Origin: Puniceicoccaceae bacterium | GTDB taxonomy: Bacteria > Verrucomicrobiota > Verrucomicrobiia > Opitutales > Oceanipulchritudinaceae | Assembly (NCBI GenBank): GCA_040830765.1 | Contig: JBFOMH010000017.1 | Span: forward strand, 32,001 to 96,000 | Direction of reading: 5' to 3' | DNA: 64,000 nt | In this document: positions 17,877-27,008 of the stretch, piece after piece | Layout of the letters: the number at the start of each line of letters is the position of its first letter | Position numbering within the stretch: the stretch's first letter is position 1 | Notes under the pieces: model-generated | Database searches by the model: none | The model's input: only the letters and a program-made list of their open reading frames with translations | Told to the model about the DNA's origin: nothing | Position numbers and translations under genes: made by a program

Positions 17877-19322
17877 GTGAAGATCCTCCAAAGCATTGGC
17901 AAAGTTCTAATGGGTTCATCCTATGAGGCGGCAAATCCATCAATTCGCCGTTCAAGGGTGCCTGGTGCCGCGCCGTCCGATGCAAGAAGGGAGTTGACGG
18001 CCCATACCCGCCGCGAACTGGTACGCAAAAGCAGATACCTGAACAAGAACAGTGGTTTCTCTCGCGAGGTCGTGGGGGACATGGCGATTTATTCGACCGG
18101 AGATGGAATCCGTCCCCAGGCACAAACAGCGGATCCAGCATGGAACAGGCAGGCGGAGGAATTTTTCAAACGGTGGTCCGCACGTCCCGAAGTGACCAAC
18201 CGGTTCTCATTCGAGGAATGCCAGAATCTGGTTTGCCGGGGAATCGATGTGGACGGGGAATATTTTGTATTGAAAATTCGCGACAAGTTCGGACGTGCCC
18301 GGATACAGTTGGTGGAATCCCACAGGATAGGATCGGCTTCTGAGGATAGAAAGGTGATCGATGGTATTGAATTTGATGCGATAGGAGCGCCGTTTGCTTA
18401 TCATCTTATCCAGGACAATGGAAAGCCTCGGAAGGTGTTCGCCAATGCGGTGATGCATGTCTTTGAACCGGAGTTTGCAAGTGGTGCGCGAAGTCACCCG
18501 ACTTTGCAGCATTCCATCAACCACATTCTCGATGAAATGGAGATGCTTGCGTTGGAAAAGCATGCGGTGAAGGATAATCAGGATGTTTCACGGATCATTA
18601 AGCGCGAAAGCGGAACTTTGGAGGATGATGGAGATTTTAGAGTATCGCCGGATACAGGTGAAGCAGCTGACCAGAGTGATCCGTCCGCTATCCAGAGAAT
18701 CACAGGAGGCAAGGTCCTGGCATTGAAGCCGGGAGAGTCCATGGACAGTTTTCAGTCGAACAGGCCAAGCTCCATGTTCACCGGATTTCTGGAGCACTTG
18801 AAGCGGGACAGCAGCGCCGGGGTACTCCCCTATGAATTTGTACTGGATTCATCCAGTGTGGGTGGTGCCGGAGTACGCTTGATTGTAGCGAAGGCAGACC
18901 GTCGCTTTTCCTACCGGCAACTAATCCTCATCCAGCGATTCCTCAAACCAACATGGGGCTGGGTGATTGGTGATGCCATTGATAGGGGAGAGTTGGAACC
19001 GATGAAGGGTTGGAACAAGGTGACCTGGGTTACTCCACGCCGCATCACGGTCGATGCAGGCCGGGAGGCAGAATCCCACCGGAAAGATGTGGAGATGGGC
19101 CTACTCACATTTTCGGATCATTTCTCAGAGATTGGAATGGATTTTCGCGAAGAAATTGAGCGTAGGGCACAGGATTCAAGAGACATATTGGATATGGCAA
19201 ACCGATATGGTGTACCCGTGGATATGCTCTATCGCCCAAGTGGGACGAAAAGTACTCCTGCTCAGGAACCTTTGACATCGGACGGGGGCAGTGCCCCACA
19301 AAGATCCGAAGAAGAAAGCTGA
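17877..19322 (+). CDS. Portal protein, lambda family
   Basis: SYEAA..ELVRKSRYL..GDGIRPQ..DGEYF..DGIEFD..G.P.AY..GVLPYE. Start placed at GTG 17877 using the upstream motif. Confidence 0.92.
   Translation: MKILQSIGKVLMGSSYEAANPSIRRSRVPGAAPSDARRELTAHTRRELVRKSRYLNKNSGFSREVVGDMAIYSTGDGIRPQAQTADPAWNRQAEEFFKRWSARPEVTNRFSFEECQNLVCRGIDVDGEYFVLKIRDKFGRARIQLVESHRIGSASEDRKVIDGIEFDAIGAPFAYHLIQDNGKPRKVFANAVMHVFEPEFASGARSHPTLQHSINHILDEMEMLALEKHAVKDNQDVSRIIKRESGTLEDDGDFRVSPDTGEAADQSDPSAIQRITGGKVLALKPGESMDSFQSNRPSSMFTGFLEHLKRDSSAGVLPYEFVLDSSSVGGAGVRLIVAKADRRFSYRQLILIQRFLKPTWGWVIGDAIDRGELEPMKGWNKVTWVTPRRITVDAGREAESHRKDVEMGLLTFSDHFSEIGMDFREEIERRAQDSRDILDMANRYGVPVDMLYRPSGTKSTPAQEPLTSDGGSAPQRSEEES
19272..19277 (+). 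promoter_or_regulatory. TTGACA-N13-GTG motif
   Basis: 13 nt before GTG 19291, inside the portal 3' end. Confidence 0.65.
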
Positions 19323-19944
19323 ATACAACCGCCGCTACTACCAAGAAAACCGGGAGCGGCTTAAGGAACATGCACGTAAATATTACCACGATAATATTGA
19401 TGCTCAAAAAATTGTTAGAAAACAATGGCGAGAGGCCAACAAAGACAAAGTTAAAGCTTCAAACAAAGCATACCAGCGAGAGCAAAAGCAAAAAATACGA
19501 GAATATCAACAGGGTCGGAAGAATGATCCTGAGGTCATTGCAAAACGCCGAAATCAAAAGCGTCGATACTATCAACAGCGAATTCAAAGAGATCCACAAT
19601 GGCGGGTAGTTCGTGCTCTTCGTCTTCGACTTTGGACTGCGCTTAAGCAGCGTAAAATAGACAAGTCAGAATCCAGCCTCGAACTTGTTGGATGCGAAAT
19701 CAGTGCCCTCGTCAGACACATTGAAAACCTGTTTCAGCCAGGAATGTCTTGGGAAAATTACGGATCAAAAGGCTGGCATATTGACCACATTACTCCCTGC
19801 GCTGCCTTCGATCTTAGTGATCCAGCACAACAGAAGAAATGTTTCCATTACACGAACCTGCAACCTCTATGGGCGAGAGACAATATAGTTAAAGGGCATA
19901 GTCTTCCCACATCGCTTTCTGAAGCAGTCGTCCCACCCGGTTGA
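19291..19944 (+). CDS. HNH endonuclease with a basic helical N-terminus
   Basis: GMSWENYG..WHIDHITPC..CFHYTNLQPLWARDNIVK. Confidence 0.85.
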   Translation: MPHKDPKKKAEYNRRYYQENRERLKEHARKYYHDNIDAQKIVRKQWREANKDKVKASNKAYQREQKQKIREYQQGRKNDPEVIAKRRNQKRRYYQQRIQRDPQWRVVRALRLRLWTALKQRKIDKSESSLELVGCEISALVRHIENLFQPGMSWENYGSKGWHIDHITPCAAFDLSDPAQQKKCFHYTNLQPLWARDNIVKGHSLPTSLSEAVVPPG

Positions 19945-19946
19945 CA
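19941..19946 (+). promoter_or_regulatory. TTGACA motif upstream of the tRNA
   Basis: 19 nt before the tRNA 5' end at 19966. Confidence 0.6.
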
Positions 19947-19965
19947 GAGTCCAGTTTCAACAAAC

Positions 19966-20035
19966 ACGAGGGAGAAAAGGATTCGGTCGGGCTCATAACC
20001 CGGCAACGCAGGTTCGATTCCTGCCCCTCGTCCCA
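19966..20035 (+). tRNA. Atypical tRNA-Met(CAT), initiator-like anticodon arm, shortened D arm
   Basis: Acceptor ACGAGGG/CCCTCGT, anticodon arm TCGGG-CTCATAA-CCCGG, T arm GCAGG-TTCGATT-CCTGC, encoded CCA; 70 nt. Confidence 0.8.
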
Positions 20036-20044
20036 ATTATAGCC

Positions 20045-20866
20045 ATGAGACTAGCACACATCACCAATACAATGTATCGGCAGCCCTGGAATATCACCAC
20101 CGATGGCTGGCTGTCGTTGCATCAGATTGTACAAAGCAGGTTGTTTAACGATGCCGTGAATCTGGATTTTTCAGATTTCGTAAATCCCCGCCCGGATGGT
20201 GAAATTGACGGTAATGGTATCGCTCATATCCATGTAATGGGTACTTTGGGGAAACACTTAAGCCAGATTGAGCGTTCCTGCGGCAACACCGGATATGAGC
20301 AAATAGAGGAGGAGATTCGTATAGCAAACGAAGACGGTGCAAAGGGATTCCTGTTTCATATCAATTCTCCGGGAGGAATGGCTGCCGGTAATATTGAGAT
20401 TTCCCGGATGCTTTCAGAAATCAAGAAACCAAAGGCTGTTTGGGTGGATGAACTGGCAGCCTCGGCAGCATATGCCATAGCCAGCGGTGCCGACATTATT
20501 GCGATGGCGCCATCGGCACAGGTCGGGAGCATAGGTACTATTCTTCCATTGGTTGATGTGTCCGGTGCATGGGAGCAGAGGGGATGGAAGCCCGCTTACA
20601 TCACCCATACCGGAGGAGATCTAAAGGATGCCACATGGCCTCCATCATTCACTGATGAGCACCGTGCCCACCTTCAGGAAATGGTGGACGATTATTTCGG
20701 ACAGTTTAAGGAACACGTCTTACAACACAGGAACATGGGACCGGATGCCATGCGCGGACAGACATTCATAGGTCGCAAGGCGAAGGAGGCGAATTTGGTG
20801 GACCATGTGGGCAGTCTGGAAGACACCTACGCGGAGCTCCTCAAGCGGGTTGACAAGGCAAAGTAG
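20045..20866 (+). CDS. S49 prohead protease (lambda gpC-like)
   Basis: INSPGG, AASAAYAIAS, VGSIG. Confidence 0.92.
   Translation: MRLAHITNTMYRQPWNITTDGWLSLHQIVQSRLFNDAVNLDFSDFVNPRPDGEIDGNGIAHIHVMGTLGKHLSQIERSCGNTGYEQIEEEIRIANEDGAKGFLFHINSPGGMAAGNIEISRMLSEIKKPKAVWVDELAASAAYAIASGADIIAMAPSAQVGSIGTILPLVDVSGAWEQRGWKPAYITHTGGDLKDATWPPSFTDEHRAHLQEMVDDYFGQFKEHVLQHRNMGPDAMRGQTFIGRKAKEANLVDHVGSLEDTYAELLKRVDKAK
20850..20855 (+). promoter_or_regulatory. TTGACA-N13-ATG motif
   Basis: 13 nt before ATG 20869, inside the protease 3' end. Confidence 0.7.
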
Positions 20867-20868
20867 GC

Positions 20869-21381
20869 ATGGATTTTCCAAAAGCAGAAGAACTCAACAC
20901 ACTGGCACAGGCACGCGATGCATTTGCTTCCCTTCTCTCAGAACATGAAGCCTCCCGGGATAATCTTTCCCAGGCTTCAGAGGCTCTTGATAAGGCAAAT
21001 GCTGAACTGGATGCGGTGCGTGACGACCTGAAGGCGGCCAATGAAATGCTCGATGAGGCGAATACCAATATTGGTTCCCTGACCGGGAAGTTGAAAGAAT
21101 CCCAGGATAAGGAGCAGACTCTCAGTAATGAATTGAAAGTGGCCAAGGAGTTGAACCAGTCGGTTGAACAGAAGGTTTCCAAGCTGGAAGCAGATGCAAA
21201 GTCTGCTGAGGCTAAAGCGGCTGAAATCTGTGCTTCCGTTGGTGTGGAGCCTGCGCAGGTTACTCCGGGTGGGGAGCCTAAACAGCAGTCCCTGATTGAG
21301 CAATTGAAGGAGATCAAGAATCCTGCTGAACAAATGACTTTCTTTCGCAAGCACCGCGACGAGATCATTAAGGGGCATTAA
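20869..21381 (+). CDS. Coiled-coil scaffold-like protein
   Basis: Long heptad coiled coil between protease and capsid. Confidence 0.65.
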   Translation: MDFPKAEELNTLAQARDAFASLLSEHEASRDNLSQASEALDKANAELDAVRDDLKAANEMLDEANTNIGSLTGKLKESQDKEQTLSNELKVAKELNQSVEQKVSKLEADAKSAEAKAAEICASVGVEPAQVTPGGEPKQQSLIEQLKEIKNPAEQMTFFRKHRDEIIKGH

Positions 21382-21410
21382 TATATTAAGAGGTTTGTGT
21401 GTATATAATC

Positions 21411-21442
21411 GCGCTGTGGTTTACGGGCCATGGCGCTTTTTT
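21411..21442 (+). terminator. Intrinsic terminator
   Basis: GCGCTGTGGT-ttacgg-GCCATGGCGC stem (with G:U pairs) followed by TTTTTT. Confidence 0.65.
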
Positions 21443-21466
21443 GTATCCAGATCTCCAGCACAGCGG

Positions 21467-21472
21467 TTGACA
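21467..21472 (+). promoter_or_regulatory. TTGACA-N13-ATG motif
   Basis: 13 nt before ATG 21486. Confidence 0.75.
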
Positions 21473-21485
21473 CGCCATGCAGTGC

Positions 21486-22391
21486 ATGGCCAATAACCTT
21501 ACCGAAGTACAAGACCTGCGCATCGCAGACAAGTTTCTGGAAGCCTTTGTTGCTGAACTGACCGCCCTGCGTGCCTTCTCCACTGATTTTACCCCTGAAT
21601 TTGCCAAGCGTGGCAAGACCGTGAATGTTCCGGTTATCGGGGCCGCGAACTCTTCCTATGACTTCGCCGGCAGCTATTCCGCAAATGCGGACAGCGATGT
21701 CCAGGGAATCCCGGTTGTGCTGGATAAGCATAAAGTACAGTCGCTGCACCTGACTGATAAGGAAGTGAGCGAATCCGCATGGGTATCTCTAGAACGCCTC
21801 GCAATATCCAAGGCCCGACAGTTAGCACAGGATGTCCTCACCGACATCTGGAGTCTTGTGACCATCGAAAATTATGGTCCGGCTTCGATTCCTGGACTTG
21901 CGGCCACTGACTTTAGTGCTGATTCAGTCCTCGCAGTCCGACAGGCTTGTGCCGCTGCAAAGATGCCGGCCACTGATCGTGCACTTATCCTGGATAGTGC
22001 CTATTACTCCAATCTGCTTGGGGATGCCAAGATTTCCAATAGCTATCTTAGTCAGATGAGTGCACCATCGCTCATGGAGGCGAAGATTCCAAGGGTCTAT
22101 GGATTCGATATCTACGAAACCACCATTATGCCGGACAATGCGGAGAACCTGGTCGGTTTTGCAGCCCATCCTCGGGGAATTGCAGTAGCGATGCGCTACC
22201 TTCAGCCAATCGACAGCTCAGCCTATCTGGATGCAGGACCGGTCACTGACCAGTCCACTGGTATCACCCTCGGGTACCGAAAGTACTACGATACCGATTC
22301 AGGTAAGATGATCGCCGCATTTGAGTGTGTCTACGGATACCGCAAGGCAATCGCCGATGGTATCAAGCGTATCGAAGATACCGGGGCTTAA
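21486..22391 (+). CDS. Major capsid protein
   Basis: MANNL..RGKTVNVP..VVLDKHK..IPRVYGFDIYE..VYGY; size and position fit. Confidence 0.85.
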   Translation: MANNLTEVQDLRIADKFLEAFVAELTALRAFSTDFTPEFAKRGKTVNVPVIGAANSSYDFAGSYSANADSDVQGIPVVLDKHKVQSLHLTDKEVSESAWVSLERLAISKARQLAQDVLTDIWSLVTIENYGPASIPGLAATDFSADSVLAVRQACAAAKMPATDRALILDSAYYSNLLGDAKISNSYLSQMSAPSLMEAKIPRVYGFDIYETTIMPDNAENLVGFAAHPRGIAVAMRYLQPIDSSAYLDAGPVTDQSTGITLGYRKYYDTDSGKMIAAFECVYGYRKAIADGIKRIEDTGA

Positions 22392-22418
22392 ATCAATTTG
22401 ATAGTCGTTTGTATTCTC

Positions 22419-22448
22419 AGGGCTCCATCTCACCGGTGGGGCCCTTTT
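22419..22448 (+). terminator. Intrinsic terminator after the capsid gene
   Basis: AGGGCTCCAT...GTGGGGCCCT followed by a short T run. Confidence 0.6.
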
Positions 22449-22475
22449 GTATTAAAGTCTTCTACGGTTAAATCA

Positions 22476-22892
22476 TTACTTATTCGAAGGTACCCTATCG
22501 CCTGGCATTTTAAAATAATTTGCGAAAACATACGGCCAAGGGATTGCTATGACGCAGATACCCAAACCGATGCCACAAGCTATGATTGTGTCGATTGCCC
22601 ATTGATTCGCTGTCTTATCCAGCAATAAGGGCAATCCCACAAATATTAGCCAGATTGATTTCCATAGTGTCTCGAATAACAACAGTGGTAATAGCTTAAT
22701 TGGATAACGTATGCCTAGGATAGCCATCACCTGAACTGCACCCAACAAACTAAACTGCACAGAAACATTTGATAGGGCGAATCTCTCATCATGCCAGATC
22801 AATGCGGGCCAGATCATGAACAACAACCAAACCGCTATCAAAAGATATGTGAATCTAAGAATATACATCCGGAGCCTTGAGACACCATTCAT
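22476..22892 (-). CDS. Four-TM hypothetical membrane protein (moron)
   Basis: Hydrophobic helices, GIRYPIKLLPLLLFE..WKSIW; opposite strand to phage genes. Confidence 0.75.
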   Translation of the reverse strand: MNGVSRLRMYILRFTYLLIAVWLLFMIWPALIWHDERFALSNVSVQFSLLGAVQVMAILGIRYPIKLLPLLLFETLWKSIWLIFVGLPLLLDKTANQWAIDTIIACGIGLGICVIAIPWPYVFANYFKMPGDRVPSNK

Positions 22893-23042
22893 AATTTTCC
22901 CCTTTCTCTTAATTAAGTACGTTCTTTCCTGAGCTTAACCTTGCTTGGATTTTCTATAATGTAACGAAATGGAAGTGGCCTATATTCAATCGCCCAATAT
23001 TAGAAATGAGGTAATCTGGGTGCGTCTTCGAATAGTCACGGG

Positions 23043-23774
23043 TTAGGCGCTTGTTGAAGAATGATCTTTAGCCACAGATAATTTCAAGCCTTTGAAGATA
23101 AGCCAAATCCCCAATGCCAGCTCAAAAACCACTATTGGCATATCATACCAGGTGGGGTGAACAACATATTGAAAGTCAGAGGAAATGATGAATGTGAAAG
23201 CACAAAAAACGCACCAAACAGATGAAAAAATACCAAAAACAGCCAGTGCTCTCGGAATATAACGAGACTTAAACCACAGGTAGCTAACAATACAGGAGGA
23301 CAAAGTCCAGAAAGGCAGACCGATGTAATAGGCATCATAGCTAAAGTCCAAGAGAAGCCTTACCATAGCATGTAATTGATTGGTTTCGAAAGCATTCAAG
23401 AAGGAACTGCCTCCCAAGATCCGTAGAGAGGCAAGCATCATTAGTGAAGTAACACCCCACATGACAGAAACCAATAAACGGCAGAATGCTGCAATCATGG
23501 CGAGGTTCCGGCCTGCTGGCTTAAGAATTACATAAAGCGATGAGAGGAGTATCAATTGGATTGTCGCATAGAGTAGATTGCAGAAAATGTTGAATCGCCA
23601 TAATCCTTCATTCTCAACGATGTTTCTGGCAGTTTCTTCGGCTTTGCCTGGTATGCTCAGACGGAAACTGACTCCATAATTTGCAACAACAACAATTATC
23701 AAGGCGAATATGAACGTAAATCCTGCGAGACTCGCCGCATTTCGCTGCGTTTTATTAAGAGCATTAGTTGCCAT
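23043..23774 (-). CDS. DUF4386 family membrane protein (moron)
   Basis: AASLAG..ETARNI..FKSRYIPRAL..FELALGIWLIFKG; start placed at MATN. Confidence 0.75.
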   Translation of the reverse strand: MATNALNKTQRNAASLAGFTFIFALIIVVVANYGVSFRLSIPGKAEETARNIVENEGLWRFNIFCNLLYATIQLILLSSLYVILKPAGRNLAMIAAFCRLLVSVMWGVTSLMMLASLRILGGSSFLNAFETNQLHAMVRLLLDFSYDAYYIGLPFWTLSSCIVSYLWFKSRYIPRALAVFGIFSSVWCVFCAFTFIISSDFQYVVHPTWYDMPIVVFELALGIWLIFKGLKLSVAKDHSSTSA

Positions 23775-24026
23775 TCGTGTTTTCTCCCTTCGTCTAAAGA
23801 CTCTACAAAATAATAGTTGTCTATTGGTTGGTTGTACAAACTTGGGGTTAGCGTTTCGTGGTGACGGATAAGGGTACTTTCTGGTAAATGCGAGACTTTT
23901 CCCAATTCTATAAGCCTTTATCAAATGACCTTCTCGGTTGATTTCAATGTTGTAGTATTCCTACTATATAGGCAAAGCGTGATCATCGACTCTATTGGCC
24001 AATCGTGAAAACAGCCTGACACTATG

Positions 24027-24032
24027 TTGACA
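24027..24032 (+). promoter_or_regulatory. TTGACA-N13-ATG motif
   Basis: 13 nt before ATG 24046, right after the moron insert. Confidence 0.75.
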
Positions 24033-24045
24033 AGCCCTTCGGGGC

Positions 24046-24360
24046 ATGAGTTTCGAATCAGATCAATTGGAGGGTTTCAGGGAACTGCTGGAAACATCCG
24101 GTGGCCTTTTTGTTCACCCATCCGGAGAGTTTCGTGGCCTGGTTAAGCGTATTGAACCGGAGAATGAGGAGTTTGACCTGACCCCCGGCGACGACGACCG
24201 GGTACAGGTATCGGGGCTAAAGACCGAAGTCCCTGCTGAAGTGGTCAAGGTGGGAGCATCCTTAACTGATTCCGAAGACTATTCGTACCGGGTAACCGGG
24301 ATACGCCGCTCACCAAACCATGTGGCTGTGCGCCTTGAATGCGAAGTTGTGAACCCATGA
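24046..24360 (+). CDS. Head-tail joining protein (gpFII-like)
   Basis: 104-aa beta-rich ORF in the post-capsid position. Confidence 0.55.
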   Translation: MSFESDQLEGFRELLETSGGLFVHPSGEFRGLVKRIEPENEEFDLTPGDDDRVQVSGLKTEVPAEVVKVGASLTDSEDYSYRVTGIRRSPNHVAVRLECEVVNP

Positions 24361-24614
24361 CGCCTGAGGATCTAAAGAAAGACTGCGATATTTGCAGGGA
24401 AAGGTTGGCTGAACGCTTTGCCCAGATGGAACACCGTCTGACCACATTGGAAATCACCCTCTGGGGACAGGATGGCAGCAATGGTATCAAGGGCACCCTC
24501 AATGAGTTGAAGCGTAAGATGGACATGCTCCTTCGCTTCTTCTGGGGAGCGAGCGCTGCACCGGCAATCACCATCGCGCTTCTGGCTGTGCTAAAATTTC
24601 TGGGAATGATATGA
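24357..24614 (+). CDS. Small coiled-coil protein with C-terminal TM helix
   Basis: LWGQDGSNGIKG and a hydrophobic C-terminus; ATGA coupling at both ends. Confidence 0.6.
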   Translation: MTPEDLKKDCDICRERLAERFAQMEHRLTTLEITLWGQDGSNGIKGTLNELKRKMDMLLRFFWGASAAPAITIALLAVLKFLGMI

Positions 24615-25189
24615 GACAGGATCTGGTTGAGTTTAACCGGAGCCTGCAAAAGTACCTGCAGTACAACAAGCGGGACCTGGGCCCCCTGATTGAAAACCGT
24701 GGCCGGCGGATTCAATGGGCACTGTATCGACAATTTCGCGACATTGCTCCGACTCCCGGTAAAATCATGCAGGACGCAAAGTCTAGGCAGTACCGGATCA
24801 AGAGACGCAAAGGCAAAAGTGGGAAGAAGTTGTCTTTGAAGCAGGAGCTGGCAGTGCGGCGCCAGTCTGTGAAGTGGCTTTCGGTTAGTTTCCTGATTCG
24901 CAATTGGAAGGCAAAGAGGGAAGGGCAGGCGGCTGCCTATCATGCTGTATCGCGCAAGAAGTGGAAGATAGGAAAGGCGATTCTTCGGACTGCAAAGGGG
25001 AGGAGTAATCCAAGTGTGCGGATTGAAAGCTATTTGGAGGGTGCTGCCATCCAGAACGCCCAGCGTGGTATCGTGAACCGGGTGATAAGCGGTGAGGCAG
25101 CTGACATGGAAACCTATGTGGCCCGCAAGCAACAGGAGGCCTTCAAGCGCCAGTTTGGCCGGGCACTAACCCAAATAATCCGCATATGA
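24611..25189 (+). CDS. Basic neck/tail-completion protein
   Basis: Very K/R-rich, coupled ORF in the head-tail connector region. Confidence 0.55.
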   Translation: MRQDLVEFNRSLQKYLQYNKRDLGPLIENRGRRIQWALYRQFRDIAPTPGKIMQDAKSRQYRIKRRKGKSGKKLSLKQELAVRRQSVKWLSVSFLIRNWKAKREGQAAAYHAVSRKKWKIGKAILRTAKGRSNPSVRIESYLEGAAIQNAQRGIVNRVISGEAADMETYVARKQQEAFKRQFGRALTQIIRI

Positions 25190-25623
25190 CTCTTTCAGAT
25201 ATAGTCCCAACGATTGTTACCCTCTTAAAAGGCAGCGAGTTGCTCTCAACACTGGAGATCCTCACCAATGCGGATGAGAGCTACAACACGAGGCTGGAGC
25301 AGGCATTGCGGGAGAAGGGCGTGGCACTGGTCGTGGTCCAGTCAGCGGGGGAATTGAAGGACAAGAAGAGTCCGCTCCTTTATTTGGTGAATTCGGTTAT
25401 GGTGACCGTACTTGAGAATCCGGCCACCAATGAGACAGGCACAAGTGCCCTGGGCATTGTGGAGGAGGTATTAAGGCAGGTGCACGGGGCACAGTGGAAA
25501 ACGCAGAAGGGATTACAGAACCGGTACACGGTTGACACCCCCGCGTACGAGATGGGGCCGCTCGATGGAGGGCTGATCACGTACTTCTGCAACTTTCACA
25601 TTCTGACCATTCACGAAAACTAA
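25186..25623 (+). CDS. Tail terminator-like protein
   Basis: 145 aa, immediately before the tail tube gene. Confidence 0.5.
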   Translation: MTLSDIVPTIVTLLKGSELLSTLEILTNADESYNTRLEQALREKGVALVVVQSAGELKDKKSPLLYLVNSVMVTVLENPATNETGTSALGIVEEVLRQVHGAQWKTQKGLQNRYTVDTPAYEMGPLDGGLITYFCNFHILTIHEN

Positions 25624-26154
25624 ATGAACTCTTCTGCCCGTGTAATTGGAAACCACGCCTTCTTTGTCCGTGAGGGCGACACTGCAACAACGCCCGCCGG
25701 CGATGTCAGCAAACTCTTGAAACCTGATGTGGATGATCCTTCCTGGATCAACCTCGGGGTCATCGAGCAGGCGGGGATCGAATACCAGTCCGAAGAGAAG
25801 GAAGTATGGCAACCTTCCCCCGGACAGCTGCGACTGGCGGATGTAATCGAGGTGAAGCGCGGCCTGAAGCTTTCCTTCACGGTTAAGGAAATGAGCGCAC
25901 TCATGTTCGAGCTCATGTTCGGCACCGAGGCCCTCACCGATGCCTCCACCCAATACAATCCGCTGGAGGGAACGACGAAGAAGGGGTGGCTCAAACTCCA
26001 GCAGTATGACCATCACGACGCCATTGTGAATACAACCGATGTGTATGTTCACCTGAAGGTATCAAGCGAAGTATCCCTGGGAGACGATGTCGCGACCTTT
26101 GAAATCGAGGCCCGAGTGCTCCACAGCACCCTTAACACCGGAACGCTTGCGTAG
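25624..26154 (+). CDS. Major tail tube protein (putative)
   Basis: WINLG..LKLSFTVKEMS..ELMFG beta-rich pattern and position. Confidence 0.65.
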   Translation: MNSSARVIGNHAFFVREGDTATTPAGDVSKLLKPDVDDPSWINLGVIEQAGIEYQSEEKEVWQPSPGQLRLADVIEVKRGLKLSFTVKEMSALMFELMFGTEALTDASTQYNPLEGTTKKGWLKLQQYDHHDAIVNTTDVYVHLKVSSEVSLGDDVATFEIEARVLHSTLNTGTLA

Positions 26155-26585
26155 TGGCTGAAGCGATCACAGTTGAATCTGCCCAATATGATAATGGGGA
26201 TGCCTTCCCGAATACTCTGGGGTTTGAAGGTGCTTCACCAGTTGCACCTGCGCCAAGGGATTTAGCCGCCGCCACGCAATCCGACGATGATGCGTTACCC
26301 ATTGCAGGGGATCTGCCCGGGAGCGTCCATTCCAACGATGATGCGATTCCTATTCCATGGGATCAGGCCAGTGGCGAGCATTCCAATGATGCTGCCGTTC
26401 CTATTTCAGGGAATCTGCCCGGGAGTGTCTATTCCAACGATGATGCGGTCCCGATAGCAGGGGACTTGCCCAACACAATCCAATCAAACGATGAAGCTGA
26501 AGCATTCGGAATGGATGGACTGAAATTTCCTCCTGAGGGAGCGGTCATGGATATCGAGGGCCACTACCTGTTTGTTTGCACCTAG
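26154..26585 (+). CDS. Acidic 17-aa repeat virion-associated protein
   Basis: SNDDA-x-PI-x-GDLPG repeats; 51-nt DNA period over 26280-26498. Confidence 0.6.
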   Translation: MAEAITVESAQYDNGDAFPNTLGFEGASPVAPAPRDLAAATQSDDDALPIAGDLPGSVHSNDDAIPIPWDQASGEHSNDAAVPISGNLPGSVYSNDDAVPIAGDLPNTIQSNDEAEAFGMDGLKFPPEGAVMDIEGHYLFVCT

Positions 26586-26594
26586 AACTTTGTC

Positions 26595-27005
26595 ATGTCG
26601 ATTCTACTACAAGTCACTGCCGCGGAAATCAATAACGGCGTCCAGAAGGCCAACACCGAAATCGACGGGAAGGTCCCGAAGCCTGGATTCAATACCCAGA
26701 CGGGAACAAGTTACACTCCCCAACTAACAGATAACAACGGTGTCATTGAAATGGATAGTGCAGAGTTGAACACGGTGAATCTGCCCACAGACGCAGAGGT
26801 CGCTTTCCCGGTTCCCTCTGAAGGGATTTTGCGGACCTCTTTCGATGTCGTGCCAATTGGTGCCGGGACGACAGCTATCCAGGCACCTGCAGGAGTGCTT
26901 CTAAATGGAATAGATGGAGGAACCATTTTGAGCCTTGATCCATATGCGGCCATGGCCGTGTACAAGAGGGGCGAAAATGACTGGGTGGCAATTGGAGGGG
27001 AATAA
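26595..27005 (+). CDS. Tail fibre-type domain protein
   Basis: NTQTGTSYT..TVNLP..VAFP..GAGTTAI.AP.GV.LNG..KRGENDWVAIG is a common fibre module. Confidence 0.65.
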   Translation: MSILLQVTAAEINNGVQKANTEIDGKVPKPGFNTQTGTSYTPQLTDNNGVIEMDSAELNTVNLPTDAEVAFPVPSEGILRTSFDVVPIGAGTTAIQAPAGVLLNGIDGGTILSLDPYAAMAVYKRGENDWVAIGGE

Positions 27006-27008
27006 GCG

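Noticed and set aside
24245..25132. 295-aa minus-strand ORF
   Set aside because: Overlaps three coupled + strand morphogenesis genes; shadow ORF.
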